DNA of 51,314 bases from a virus, in IMG/VR virus record IMGVR_UViG_3300035490_000495; one strand, 5' to 3'. Positions within the stretch are counted from its first letter, which is position 1, and every line of letters begins with the position of its first letter. A program made the position numbers and the translations under genes. Below are positions 8,151 to 17,480 of this stretch, piece by piece. The notes beneath the pieces are model-generated. The model was given only the letters and a program-made list of their open reading frames with translations, was not told the origin of the DNA and made no database searches.

Positions 8151-8386
8151 TCTCCTGCCCTCTTTTCTCCTGCCTTTGCCTCGGCAGACTTGGGCCTCGT
8201 GTTCAGGGCATCATGGTACAGCAGCATGGCCTCCTCGCACTTCCCAGGGTCACCCCCGGCGTGCTCCAGGACATACCCTGCCCTGTCCATCAGCCGCTCG
8301 TACTTTACCCTGTCGCTTACCCCCTGCGAGGCCATCACTGCCACGGCTGCCCCGAGGAAGGCAGACAGGAACCTCCCTGCCCTCAT
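8099..8386 (-). CDS. hypothetical protein (95 aa)
   Basis: ATG ORF in track. Confidence 0.4.
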   Translation of the reverse strand: MRAGRFLSAFLGAAVAVMASQGVSDRVKYERLMDRAGYVLEHAGGDPGKCEEAMLLYHDALNTRPKSAEAKAGEKRAGECARRKGSQGARPTPAR

Positions 8387-8820
8387 TATACGCTCCCGAA
8401 CCTTCTCAGGCTGGTGCCCTGGTCATCATAGACATGCACGGGGTTCATCACCCCTCCATGCCTCTTGGCCACCTTCATGGCCTCCTCCTGGCTCTCGAAG
8501 TCGTTGATAAGGTAGTCCGCCCTCGGGCCCTCGAAGGTGTCCACCCCCACTATCCGGAACATCCCCTTGGGGGCCTTGAGGCGCTCCCTGGTGCCGAGCA
8601 GGTCGTCCTGCCTCCTCTGCCTGTCGAAGGCGTCTATCTGCTCCCAGGTGGCCTGCCTCTCATCTGGCTGGGACACCTTCTCCACCGCACAGCCGCAGCG
8701 GGGGCATGCCTTCGGCTCCCACTCGCCCTCCAGCACGGCGAACTCCCCGCCGCACTGGCACTCGTACCGCACGCCGTGGCATTCCTTGTACCCTATCTTG
8801 AACACTGTCACCTTGTCCAC
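8386..8820 (-). CDS. zinc-ribbon protein (144 aa)
   Basis: N-terminal CHGVRYECQCGG...CPRCGC four-Cys cluster. Confidence 0.5.
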   Translation of the reverse strand: MDKVTVFKIGYKECHGVRYECQCGGEFAVLEGEWEPKACPRCGCAVEKVSQPDERQATWEQIDAFDRQRRQDDLLGTRERLKAPKGMFRIVGVDTFEGPRADYLINDFESQEEAMKVAKRHGGVMNPVHVYDDQGTSLRRFGSV

Positions 8821-8829
8821 GCTAGCCCC

Positions 8830-8949
8830 CTAGCGGTGCAGCGCCAGCCAGTATGCCCCGGCCCCGCATGCCACGCCGCATATGAACACCAGGAGCATGA
8901 CCAGTGCTATCCGCTGCCCGCGCCTGTTGCGCTCCTCTATCGTCATCAT
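8830..8949 (-). CDS. small single-pass membrane protein (39 aa, MMTIEERNRRGQRIALVMLLVFICGVACGAGAYWLALHR)
   Basis: Internal ATG of track ORF 8830..9027 followed by a hydrophobic helix. Confidence 0.35.
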   Translation of the reverse strand: MMTIEERNRRGQRIALVMLLVFICGVACGAGAYWLALHR

Positions 8950-9734
8950 GGCATGCCAGTCGCAGGGTCGCGGTCGCCCGGCGCTGTCTCCTTGCCCCTG
9001 CTGAACAGGCAGTCCCCCACCATCCATTGCTTGGGGAGGTATATCCGCCCCTCCAGGATGCCCCGGAACTCGTCCAGGGTCGTCTCCACGAGCACGAACG
9101 GCACCGGCCTATGGGGAGGGCAGGCCTGGAGGGACATGGGCACAATCTCCTGCCCCTGCCCCCCTGTGTCGATTATCTCCAGGAGCTTGAGGGGCTCCTC
9201 GGGGTCGTCCTCGCTGGCCGAGAGCAGGCGGTAGATGCCCTCCACGTTGGCCGATGCCGCCTCTGTCTTTGCCAGTGCCTTGAGGTGCTCCTGCTTGTCC
9301 CTCTCCTCCTTGCTGTACCTGGCCCTCAGCCTCAGGTAGAGGGAGAGGTCGCTGGCTATCTTGCTCCTCCGCTTGAGGTCTGCCGTCTCCAGGTCCTTCC
9401 TCAGCTTCTCTGCCTCGGCCTGCATCTCCTCTTTCTTCAGGCCCTCCACCATCTTCTCCGGGGTCTTGGACAGCAGGCCGTAGGGGCACTCGATAGCGGC
9501 GTCTACCCACTCTGGATGGCACTCGCAGGCATCGTTGTAGGTCTGGTGGAATACTACCCCCGTCTCGGCGAACTCGGTATAGTCCGGCCTCTCGGCCAGC
9601 CTGGGATAGGTAAAGCCCCTGTCCTTGTGGAGCTTGTCCCGCAGGGCGAGCCAGTAGGGCGTCAGCAGGACCTCCAGGTCCTCCTGCTCCCTCCCGTGCG
9701 CCCTGGCCCTCTCCTGCACCGTCTCTATGTTCAT
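8946..9734 (-). CDS. hypothetical protein (262 aa)
   Basis: ATG ORF in track; no motif recognised. Confidence 0.55.
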   Translation of the reverse strand: MNIETVQERARAHGREQEDLEVLLTPYWLALRDKLHKDRGFTYPRLAERPDYTEFAETGVVFHQTYNDACECHPEWVDAAIECPYGLLSKTPEKMVEGLKKEEMQAEAEKLRKDLETADLKRRSKIASDLSLYLRLRARYSKEERDKQEHLKALAKTEAASANVEGIYRLLSASEDDPEEPLKLLEIIDTGGQGQEIVPMSLQACPPHRPVPFVLVETTLDEFRGILEGRIYLPKQWMVGDCLFSRGKETAPGDRDPATGMP

Positions 9735-9952
9735 CCCCGGCTCTGCTCCTCCTGCTGCTTAAGGTATACCGCCGCTGCCTCCTGGCGGGCCTCCCTGGCC
9801 TTCAGCCCGTCGAGCACGTACTGGAGGTTCTCCAGGCTGAGGGGCTGCCTGATGGCCACCTCGTCCACCCTCTTCTCGTCCGGGAGCCGTACCGTCTCCC
9901 CCCGCAGCAGCCTGTGGAGGTCGTCCTGGTCTATCATCAGCCTGATGTCCAT
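9731..9952 (-). CDS. hypothetical protein (73 aa)
   Basis: ATG ORF; 4-nt overlap with the downstream gene. Confidence 0.45.
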   Translation of the reverse strand: MDIRLMIDQDDLHRLLRGETVRLPDEKRVDEVAIRQPLSLENLQYVLDGLKAREARQEAAAVYLKQQEEQSRG

Positions 9953-9953
9953 G

Positions 9954-10505
9954 CTATTTCTCCCTCGGCGTCCATAGGGGCAGGTAGTCGATGATGCCTG
10001 CCATGGCCTTCGGGGTCACGGGCTCCGTGGCGATGGCGGTCATCACCTTCCCTGGCCCGTACGCCTCCGTGTTCTCGTCGTAGAACGCCTGCACGTGGGC
10101 CCAGGGCACCTTCTCCAGGAGCCTATGCACGTGGTGCAGCTCGTAGCTGTCCCGTGCCGCCAGGACCACGGTGGTTATCGGCTTGGAAAGCTCCGTCCAC
10201 AGCTCCATGCCCTCGTCGTTGAACTTGGCGGATATCCTGCCCCCTGCCTGTAGGACCCTCCACGCCATTGCCAGGCGGACGAGGCTGACCGCATGCGCCA
10301 CCTGGGCGACCACCCTCCCGTACGGCTGGCGCACGGTCACGGACTCGGGGGGCCGGAACAGCCTCTCGCCCCCGCCCTCCAGGTCCAGGCCGACAGGGGC
10401 CTGCACCGTCTCGGCCACCACCGCATAGATACGGTGGCCGAGGGTGGTGTCCGTCGCAACCTCCGCCAGGAGCAGCATCTCTGCCAGGTCATCTCTCTTC
10501 TTCAT
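9954..10505 (-). CDS. PTH2-family (archaeal/eukaryotic-type) peptidyl-tRNA hydrolase-like protein (184 aa)
   Basis: Start at internal MKKRDD (cat at 10503-10505 on plus, ATGA overlap with gene 10502..10837); the upstream 206 codons of the track ORF are Gly/Arg low-complexity. GRVVAQVAHAVSL resembles the PTH2 GKIAAQCSHA motif; the C-terminal ...GPGKVMTAIATEPVTPKAMAGIIDYLPLW resembles PTH2 ...APGTVTVLGIGPAP..VTGHLKLL. Confidence 0.6.
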   Translation of the reverse strand: MKKRDDLAEMLLLAEVATDTTLGHRIYAVVAETVQAPVGLDLEGGGERLFRPPESVTVRQPYGRVVAQVAHAVSLVRLAMAWRVLQAGGRISAKFNDEGMELWTELSKPITTVVLAARDSYELHHVHRLLEKVPWAHVQAFYDENTEAYGPGKVMTAIATEPVTPKAMAGIIDYLPLWTPREK

Positions 10506-10837
10506 ACCGCTATGTCCTCCCCATGCAGGTAGTGCTGCGCCACGGATGATATCTCGGAGCATACCACCATGAGGCGCATGTCCACCTTCTCCTGGGCCTT
10601 CCTGAGGGTCGCACGCAGCGCCGTGCCTGCCTTCCCCCTCTTGGCCCCCTTCGCCATCTCCCGAGCCTTCGCCCCGATATTCTCCAGGCATACCCCGTGG
10701 AAGACATCGACGTCGCTCACGAGCGCCGTCAGCTCCTCCCTCGTCCAGCCCTGGAGGAGCGGGAACAGGGCCTCTACGCTCCCTGCACCGAAGCACTTCC
10801 TCAGCCTCTCGCTCGGTATCGTCTCCAGCCTCTTCAT
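10502..10837 (-). CDS. hypothetical protein (111 aa)
   Basis: ATG ORF in track. Confidence 0.5.
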   Translation of the reverse strand: MKRLETIPSERLRKCFGAGSVEALFPLLQGWTREELTALVSDVDVFHGVCLENIGAKAREMAKGAKRGKAGTALRATLRKAQEKVDMRLMVVCSEISSVAQHYLHGEDIAV

Positions 10838-10849
10838 GCCCTTCCCCTC

Positions 10850-11239
10850 CTACAGTTGAAGCACGAGCGGTGGGCTCTGCCGCCGCACGACATGCGGAAA
10901 CTGGGCGCAGGCATAGTCGAAGGCCGCCTGAGCCTCGGGATAGCCGAACCCCCGCACGTAGAAGCCGGAGTTGCATGCACCCCGCGAGTCCACCGAGCGG
11001 TCCCACCAGAAGAACGCATACCAGAGTTCCCAGCCTCCCACTGTCCAGTATACCTTGCCGGTGGTAGCGTCCCGGACCTTTCTGTTCTTGAGGAACCCTG
11101 AGTCCATGAGGCCCTCGCTCCACGGCAGGTCGCTCGGGCGGTCATAGACGGTCAGCCCGTTGACGTCGTACAGGAAATGGCCGGGGCTGTCCCAGCACCC
11201 GAAGTAGAGCGCCATCTTGCCCAGCATGCTGGCGGTCAT
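10850..11239 (-). CDS. hypothetical Trp-rich protein (129 aa, start MTASMLGKM)
   Basis: Internal ATG of track ORF 10850..11308 preceded by GGAGAAGG. Confidence 0.45.
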   Translation of the reverse strand: MTASMLGKMALYFGCWDSPGHFLYDVNGLTVYDRPSDLPWSEGLMDSGFLKNRKVRDATTGKVYWTVGGWELWYAFFWWDRSVDSRGACNSGFYVRGFGYPEAQAAFDYACAQFPHVVRRQSPPLVLQL

Positions 11240-11517
11240 GCCTTCTCCCTGAACGCCCTTGTGTGGTCCCCCTGGTATACCCTCTCCTCCAGCGCCCCGC
11301 AGGGGCACTCCCTGAGGACCGAGGTCTTGGGCTTGGACCTGTCCAGAAGCTCCGCTGCTATGTTGATATACTCCTCGGAGTCCAGGGCCATGTCGATGGC
11401 CTCCTTAAACCTATCCGGGTCCGCCAGCGCCCGCAGCGCCTCCATGTCCGGCCCTACCAGGGCAACGCTCTTGACCTTGAAGCTATGCTCGTGCTTTGGC
11501 CTACTCGGGCTGAACAT
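11236..11517 (-). CDS. hypothetical protein (93 aa)
   Basis: ATG ORF; ATGA overlap with the downstream gene. Confidence 0.45.
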   Translation of the reverse strand: MFSPSRPKHEHSFKVKSVALVGPDMEALRALADPDRFKEAIDMALDSEEYINIAAELLDRSKPKTSVLRECPCGALEERVYQGDHTRAFREKA

Positions 11518-12409
11518 CTGCCTTGAACTCCTTCAGGTCCTCGGTGACGGAGTGAGCATAGCCCCTCAGGCCGTGCTTCCTGGCAATCCTGGTCAGCATG
11601 CTCCTCCAGGGCAGCGATAGCTCCCCGGCTATCTCCCTGTAGCCCTTGCTGGTCTCGCGCAGCAGCCGTACGCATGCCTCCTCGGTCTCCCTTGTCATGG
11701 GGGGCCTGCGGGGGCCGCCCCGGCTCCTGCCGGCCGTGTGTATGCCGTGCTTCCTTGCGACCACGCAGATGGCCTGCTCGTCCACGCTGTGCTTCGCTGC
11801 TATCTCCCTCCATAGGAGCCCGGCCTGGAGGTCCTGGAGGATTGCCCTGCTGCGCCTCTCTATCAGCGCCCTATGGGTCATCCCGGCCTTCTTCCGTGCC
11901 TCGGCTATCCGGCTTACGGCAACCTCCAGGAAGCTGGCCAGCTCCCTGTCGGTGGCGTCCGGGTGGCATGCCTTCATCAGCCTGACGAGCGACCTGTCTA
12001 CCCTTTCCCTGCGCTCCCTGAAGCTGATGCCGTCCTCGGCGGCTATCCTGTAGATGCGGTCGATGGGGCATCCCAGTGCCCTGGAGGCCTTCTTGCAGCT
12101 ATCCAGCGGGTTGCTTGCAAGGTACCTGGATATCTGTACCTCCGAGGGGCTGCGCAGGGGGGCAGGTACCTGGCGGAGGCAGAAGCAGGACAGCATGGGG
12201 GCCGTGGAGGTGCCGTCAATCCATTCCCAGGCGGCCTGCCGGGTCTCCCATAGCCCTGCCCAAGTCTCCGTGCCACGGTCCACGACCGAGAACCCTATGA
12301 AGTCCGGGCAGCGGCAGACGGTATAGCGGGGGCACCTTCCGTTCAGGCGGTACTTCCTCGCCCTCCATGCCCTCCCCAGCATCCCAGGCTCCATCGTATG
12401 TGGCCTCAT
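11501..12409 (-). CDS. putative helix-turn-helix DNA-binding protein (302 aa)
   Basis: Start at MRPHTMEPG (ATGA overlap with the stop of gene 12406..13023). Several HTH-like segments (GYREIAGELSLPWRSMLTRIARKHGL; ISFRERRERVDRSLVRLMKA). Confidence 0.5.
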   Translation of the reverse strand: MRPHTMEPGMLGRAWRARKYRLNGRCPRYTVCRCPDFIGFSVVDRGTETWAGLWETRQAAWEWIDGTSTAPMLSCFCLRQVPAPLRSPSEVQISRYLASNPLDSCKKASRALGCPIDRIYRIAAEDGISFRERRERVDRSLVRLMKACHPDATDRELASFLEVAVSRIAEARKKAGMTHRALIERRSRAILQDLQAGLLWREIAAKHSVDEQAICVVARKHGIHTAGRSRGGPRRPPMTRETEEACVRLLRETSKGYREIAGELSLPWRSMLTRIARKHGLRGYAHSVTEDLKEFKADVQPE

Positions 12410-13023
12410 GCCTTCTCCGCCTCCTCGATGGCCATGGCAAGGTCGATGGTAAGGTCCTGCTGCCGCAGGTACCTCCGCCTGTCCTTCTTCACGTCCTCGA
12501 CCCGGTCCTCGGCGTCCACCTCTACCGGGCGGGCATCGTGCCTCATCCTTCTCTTCAGCCCCCCGGATATCTGGGCCTCCTTGAGCCTTAGCATGCAGTA
12601 CTTGTTCTCCCGGTACTGTAGGACGTGTGCCATCTCGTGCAGGGCGGTGTGCATGAACCACCAGCATGCCTCCAGCCAGTCCACCTTCCTCCCCCGCCTG
12701 CTTATCAGGGAGAGGACGATATACCCTGACTTCTCCCCTAGCATCTCCCCGTTCCTTCCATCCCGGTCGGAGGCGCTGCGCATGAACCCGAGGTAGGGGA
12801 AGCCCCGCTTTGCATAGGCACCGGGCCTGAGCCGCTGCGAGGGGGTCACCTTGACGTATACGTCCCCCTCTACCCCTATCGTCCTGGCCGCGAACTCCAA
12901 GACCCTCCTGATAGGGGCCTCGGGGTGCCGGGTATGGTTGAAGAGGCGGACCATCAGGTTCCCACCTCCCAGGCGGTCGGGAACGAGACGGAGTGGCTTA
13001 TGGTCGTGCCACAGGCCTCGCAC
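12406..13023 (-). CDS. HExxH-motif putative zinc metallopeptidase (SprT/WLM-like), 205 aa
   Basis: WWFMHTALHEMAHVLQY motif. Confidence 0.55.
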   Translation of the reverse strand: MRGLWHDHKPLRLVPDRLGGGNLMVRLFNHTRHPEAPIRRVLEFAARTIGVEGDVYVKVTPSQRLRPGAYAKRGFPYLGFMRSASDRDGRNGEMLGEKSGYIVLSLISRRGRKVDWLEACWWFMHTALHEMAHVLQYRENKYCMLRLKEAQISGGLKRRMRHDARPVEVDAEDRVEDVKKDRRRYLRQQDLTIDLAMAIEEAEKA

Positions 13024-13247
13024 CGGAGGTATAGCTTCTCCGGCCGGTCCTGGGCATGGGATACGGGCCTGAACGGCGGGTTTGCCGAGGGCGCATGCGA
13101 CCAGGGGGAGGCCTTGTCCCTTGCGCTTACCTCCCTATCGTTCTTCTCCCGCCACTCCTGCTCCTTCGGGCAGTCCTGGTGCTCCAGGCGCATGGCAAGG
13201 CGTATGCACGGCTCTATGGCCGCCTCGAACATTTCAGCACGGGTCAC
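12954..13247 (-). CDS. hypothetical protein (97 aa)
   Basis: ATG ORF; ends CEACGTTISHS. Confidence 0.35.
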   Translation of the reverse strand: MTRAEMFEAAIEPCIRLAMRLEHQDCPKEQEWREKNDREVSARDKASPWSHAPSANPPFRPVSHAQDRPEKLYLRCEACGTTISHSVSFPTAWEVGT

Positions 13248-13441
13248 TTCCCCTCCTTGCCTGGATGCCTTTGAGCCGCCTCGCCCAGCCCCATCTCCCG
13301 GGCCTCCCGCTGAATCTCATTGAACAGCCTCAGGTAGCCCCTGTAGAGACTGGCAAAGCGGCGTGCCTCCCTGCGGAGGCATCGTCTCTCCCTCCACCTT
13401 GCGATTGCCTCAGTCAGCCTCCAAGGGACTACCATCTCCAC
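13244..13441 (-). CDS. hypothetical protein (65 aa)
   Basis: ATG ORF. Confidence 0.35.
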   Translation of the reverse strand: MEMVVPWRLTEAIARWRERRCLRREARRFASLYRGYLRLFNEIQREAREMGLGEAAQRHPGKEGK

Positions 13442-13627
13442 CTTCTCGGCCTGGGGTTAAGGGTGAACAGGGGCCTGTTGAGCAGCCTTACCGCCTCCCC
13501 TACCGACCTCACAAGGTCCATCCCCTCGCGGTCGAGGAGCCTTGCGGCGTCCTCCAGCTCCTCCTTGACCGTGGCGACCTCCCTGAGGAGGCCTCCCTCT
13601 CCCTTGCCGGGGGCCTTTTCTTCCATG
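13429..13627 (-). CDS. hypothetical protein (66 aa, MEEKAPGKGEGGLLREVATVKEELEDAARLL...)
   Basis: ATG at 13625-13627 with AGGAAGGGA RBS just after the rIIB stop; the rest of track ORF 13429..14226 is an Arg-rich shadow of rIIB. Confidence 0.3.
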
Positions 13628-13640
13628 CTAGGTTCCCTTC

Positions 13641-14891
13641 CTAGGAGGCGAGGACGGACGGCCGTCCCCGCTTCTCCTGTGCCTTTGCCGAGTCGAAGCT
13701 GACCCCGTAGTACCCGCCCTCCGAGAGCTTCTGCACGGCGGCGATGTGGTTGTCGATGAACCGCTGCGTGGGCTTCTCGGACTTCTCCTGCTTGTACACG
13801 TCGGAGGGGCGGACCTTCATCTCCTTCGCCACCGCCACGATGCTCAGGCCTGCTGCGATGCGTGCCGGGCGGGTGGGGTTGGAGAACACGGCGGACTGCC
13901 CTGCCGGGACGGCCGGGTTGTCTGCGGCGAACCGCTCGTACCACTGGCGGAGGCGTCCCAGGGACGCCTTGCCGATGGCCTGCTTGGTCAGCCCTGCGAC
14001 CTGTACCTGCGGGTGGCTCTCGCCGAGCCTCTTGCGGCTGCGGCGGTACTTCGCACGGTCGCGCTCCGTCCGTGCCACGAGGCGTGCCACTGAGGGCAGC
14101 GCCAGGAGCCTCTTGATGAGCGTCCTGCGGTCCTTGCCCACGGCGATGAGCGGGCGCTGGAAGTAGGCGGCGTCCTCCTTCTCGTAGTTCTGGTTGGGGA
14201 CCTCCTCGATGACCTCGTAGCGCCACGTGCGCCCCTTCCCGCAGTCAACCTCGGGAATCTCGTCCACGTCTGCGGGGTTGACCTTTATCGCCATCAGGTG
14301 CTCGCCGGAGAAGCTGGCGAGGTAGGCCCGCGAGCAGAAGTGGTAGCCCCTGGAGCAGGGGTTCTCGGGGTCCTTGTCCACTTCCCTGCGGTCCATCACC
14401 GGCACCTGCCCGATGTGGTTGTCAACGGTGTGCGAGTAGATGTCCTTGTAGTCCCCGTCCACCCGCTTGTAGGCGACGAAGCACCCGTCGTCGGTGATGG
14501 GCATGCTGTAGCGCTGTAGGAAGTCATAGAGCCCCTGGATGGCCTTGGGGTTGGGGTTCTGGTACAGGTTGTCCATGAACCGCAGCATGTTGGTCACGGG
14601 CTGCCCGTGCTCGACGAGCGTGACCATCATGCGGGTCAGGGAGGAGTCCACCTCGGAGCCCTTGTAGAACACCTTGCCCTCGCGCACCTCCACGTTGCCG
14701 TGGCTGCGGTTGGAGATGGACTGCGCGAGGTTCACCAGGGCCGGGACCCGGTCCCACTTCTTGCCCTTGAGGGCCCTTACCATGCGCTTGAACGTCGGGT
14801 GGCTGGCGAGGAGCTGGAACGGCCTCCCGCCCACCAGTACCGACACGAAGTTGTCCTGCACTACATAGGGGACTGTCGCTGCCTTTGCCAT
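13641..14891 (-). CDS. rIIB: rIIB-like protein (416 aa)
   Basis: Strong match to recalled T4 rIIB: NPNPKAIQGLYDFLQRYSMPITDDGCFVAYKRV...ENPCSRGYHFCSRAYL...GKGRTWRYEVIEEV vs T4 NPSQKAVSRLFDFLVANDIEITEDGYFYAWKVV...TQTCSRGLHVCSKSYI...AKMRTCQYEVVEDV. Lies directly downstream of the rIIA-like gene. Confidence 0.8.
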   Translation of the reverse strand: MAKAATVPYVVQDNFVSVLVGGRPFQLLASHPTFKRMVRALKGKKWDRVPALVNLAQSISNRSHGNVEVREGKVFYKGSEVDSSLTRMMVTLVEHGQPVTNMLRFMDNLYQNPNPKAIQGLYDFLQRYSMPITDDGCFVAYKRVDGDYKDIYSHTVDNHIGQVPVMDRREVDKDPENPCSRGYHFCSRAYLASFSGEHLMAIKVNPADVDEIPEVDCGKGRTWRYEVIEEVPNQNYEKEDAAYFQRPLIAVGKDRRTLIKRLLALPSVARLVARTERDRAKYRRSRKRLGESHPQVQVAGLTKQAIGKASLGRLRQWYERFAADNPAVPAGQSAVFSNPTRPARIAAGLSIVAVAKEMKVRPSDVYKQEKSEKPTQRFIDNHIAAVQKLSEGGYYGVSFDSAKAQEKRGRPSVLAS

Positions 14892-14947
14892 TTAGTTGTC
14901 TCCTTCTACTCTATTATACCTCGCCGGGGGAAAATCCCAGGAGGATT

Positions 14948-17371
14948 TTATACTGCCACGTCCATAGCTGGCACGTCGTTCACTGCCAGGGGGTTAGGCT
15001 CCATGTCTACGGCAGGCATATGCTCCAGTGCCCTCTGTGCCTGCTGCTGCCTCTTGCGCTCGTAGTAGGCCTTCTGGTTGCGTGACTTGCGTGCCCGGCG
15101 AAGCTCGTCCTTGGTAGGGTCCTGGGGCTTCTGGGCCGCCTTGTCCACCATCTGCACGTAGCTGATAAAGGCATCCGTCTCCTTGATGCCCCCGCTGCCG
15201 TAGCCACGGCGTCCGAACACGCTCAGGACGGGGTACTGTGCCTTCACCTTGGCCCAGCCCTCGTTGAAGTCCATGGCATTGGCCTCTATCCCGATCATGC
15301 CCAGGACGGACGCGAAGTGCTCCCCGCTCTTGCCGAGTGCCTTCTTGGCGGCGGCAAGCTCGTCGGCGAACCTCTGGAGGGGGCTGCTGTCGTCCAGGGG
15401 GCGGTGCTTGCCGATGTAGTCCAGGGCAAACTCCCAGTCCGACGAGAAGGAGTGGACCTTGAGGCTCAGGGACGCCTCCCGCGCCGGGGTCAGCTCGCGC
15501 TTCGCTGCCTCCAGGACATACCCTTTCAGCTCCGTCCAGCCCTTCTCCCTGCGCAGCTTGGCGTTCTTGCGCAGCCCGAACACGGGCGTGCTGGCGTCCA
15601 TCCCGAACAGCCCCGACTCCTTCATGTGCGACAGCAGGGAGGAGAAGCTCTTGGGGGACCCGGCCGAGAACACGTCCTGGGGCTCTCGGTTCCTGCCCTC
15701 GATGGTCACGTACAGCTTCACGGACCCGTCGCCGGTGCCGACCTGCTCCGCCGTGGCCGACCTCCAGGCATACCGCCAGGAGCGGCTGGAGTAGTAGGAC
15801 TGCTCGTTGAACCGCAGCACCCCGCGCTCCCTGGGCGCGTACTCGCGCTTGGGGAACAGGTGGATGTACTTCTCCTGCAAGGTACTTGCCAGCGTCACGG
15901 GCGGGTTCCCGAGCGCTGCCAGCAGGGCGTCCGCCTCTGCCAGGGCGGCCTTCTGGCTGGCGTCCTTGCGCGGCGACACCAGGTAGACCACCCGCTTGTC
16001 GGGGTTGTCCGACTCTTTGTTCTGAGCATAGACGTTGGTGTACTTGTTGGCACGGCCGGGCTTCATGTCGTCCATGATGAAGGCGACCTCGGGGGTGACC
16101 TTGAAGCTGCACTCGTAGCCTTCCCGCTCGGTCAGCCCCCGCTTGACGTTCTCCAGGGCAAGCCTGCGGTCCTCAGGCTTAAGGGTGAACATCTCCTCCC
16201 TCTGGCTCCCCCTGCGCCTCCAGGAGCGCTCGTAGCGGTAGACCTGGATGGACGTGAAGTCCAGCTCGTTGACGGTAAGGTTCTTGTCCGTGCTGTCCAG
16301 GGTGAAGTTGGCATACTGCCCGGATAGCTGCCCCTTCTTGGAGGCGGCACTGACTATCCCGGCGATGGCGTCATGCTGGAGCATGTTCCAGATAATCATC
16401 TTGCCTTCCCACATGTTGGCGGCGGCATCGACCTTCTTCTTCACCTGCTCCAGTATCTCCCCGTAGACCTCGTCCAGGGAGTTCTTGATGGCCTCGATGG
16501 TCCTAGCGTCTAGCTGGAGGTTCTCGCGGCTGACGGCGGGGTTGACCTCGCCGATGCTGTAGAAGATGTCCAGCGGCATGTTGAGCACCTGCTGCTGTGC
16601 CTCGTTGAGGCGGCTCACGTCGATGCTGCCGACCGTGTAGGCAACGCCGCCCATGACGGCGCGTATCCCCTTGCCGTTGCTGTCGTTCTTGCGCAGGCCC
16701 CACCGCTTTGTCTCGATGGCGTACTCGGGGCGTGCTATCTCCATGTGCTTGTTGAACTTGGGGAGGGGGTCGAAGAACTCGAACACCTCCTGTGCCTTGT
16801 TCTCGAACTCCCACACGTCCCGCTGCTCGACCGGGAAGATGACCTCCAGGCCGGTATTGTCGGGCATCGTGTCCATCTCTTCCTGTAGCTCGACCTTAGG
16901 GAAGCCGTTGTCGATAAAGGCGGCGTAGGTGCGGACCTTGCCCCCGTGGCAGCTAATCACGGCGAACCCCCCCGTCTTCCCGTTGCGCAGGAAGTAGGCG
17001 AAGGGGGACTTGCTGCCCAGCCCGAAGGCACCGATGACGCTGTTGTCCTTGGTCTTGTCGCTGGCGAAGTAGGTGCAGTAGAGCGAGAGGACCTGGTCGT
17101 GGCTCATGCCCGGCCCGTAGTCACGGATATGGAAGTTGGGGTCGAAGTTGGTGGGAAGGGTAACCTCGAAGGGCTCGTCCTTCTTGCCTGCCGCCACGTG
17201 GGCGTCATAGGCGTTGCAGCTAAGCTCCCGGATGACCGCACGGATGGGGTCCGTGTAGAGCCTGCTGGAGAGCGTCTCGAAGGCGATCTGCGAGTTCTGG
17301 ATGCAGAACTGCTGCGGGGCTTCCATGCCGCCGCTGATGATGGTCTTGCTGGCCTGGGTTCCGTATTTCAT
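14948..17371 (-). CDS. rIIA: rIIA-like protein with N-terminal GHKL (histidine-kinase-like) ATPase fold (807 aa)
   Basis: Bergerat-fold N-box (RELSCNAYDA) and G1 box (IRDYGPGM) near the N-terminus; size and position directly upstream of rIIB as in T4. Confidence 0.75.
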   Translation of the reverse strand: MKYGTQASKTIISGGMEAPQQFCIQNSQIAFETLSSRLYTDPIRAVIRELSCNAYDAHVAAGKKDEPFEVTLPTNFDPNFHIRDYGPGMSHDQVLSLYCTYFASDKTKDNSVIGAFGLGSKSPFAYFLRNGKTGGFAVISCHGGKVRTYAAFIDNGFPKVELQEEMDTMPDNTGLEVIFPVEQRDVWEFENKAQEVFEFFDPLPKFNKHMEIARPEYAIETKRWGLRKNDSNGKGIRAVMGGVAYTVGSIDVSRLNEAQQQVLNMPLDIFYSIGEVNPAVSRENLQLDARTIEAIKNSLDEVYGEILEQVKKKVDAAANMWEGKMIIWNMLQHDAIAGIVSAASKKGQLSGQYANFTLDSTDKNLTVNELDFTSIQVYRYERSWRRRGSQREEMFTLKPEDRRLALENVKRGLTEREGYECSFKVTPEVAFIMDDMKPGRANKYTNVYAQNKESDNPDKRVVYLVSPRKDASQKAALAEADALLAALGNPPVTLASTLQEKYIHLFPKREYAPRERGVLRFNEQSYYSSRSWRYAWRSATAEQVGTGDGSVKLYVTIEGRNREPQDVFSAGSPKSFSSLLSHMKESGLFGMDASTPVFGLRKNAKLRREKGWTELKGYVLEAAKRELTPAREASLSLKVHSFSSDWEFALDYIGKHRPLDDSSPLQRFADELAAAKKALGKSGEHFASVLGMIGIEANAMDFNEGWAKVKAQYPVLSVFGRRGYGSGGIKETDAFISYVQMVDKAAQKPQDPTKDELRRARKSRNQKAYYERKRQQQAQRALEHMPAVDMEPNPLAVNDVPAMDVAV

Positions 17372-17480
17372 CCTGGTTTGTCCCTCCGCATATACTATAC
17401 ACCAGGATACAGGGGTTTCCCCAGGATTGTGGCCGCTTTATGGCCGCTGCTGTCCGAAGGATGCTGCATGCTTCGGACTT

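Noticed and set aside
8119-9234. Plus-strand 371-aa ORF
   Set aside because: Overlaps five consecutive minus-strand genes; Pro/Leu/Ala-rich low-complexity composition typical of antisense frames in GC-rich DNA.
13429-14226. 265-aa Arg-rich ORF overlapping rIIB
   Set aside because: Alternative frame of the rIIB gene; only the last 66 codons downstream of the rIIB stop are plausible.
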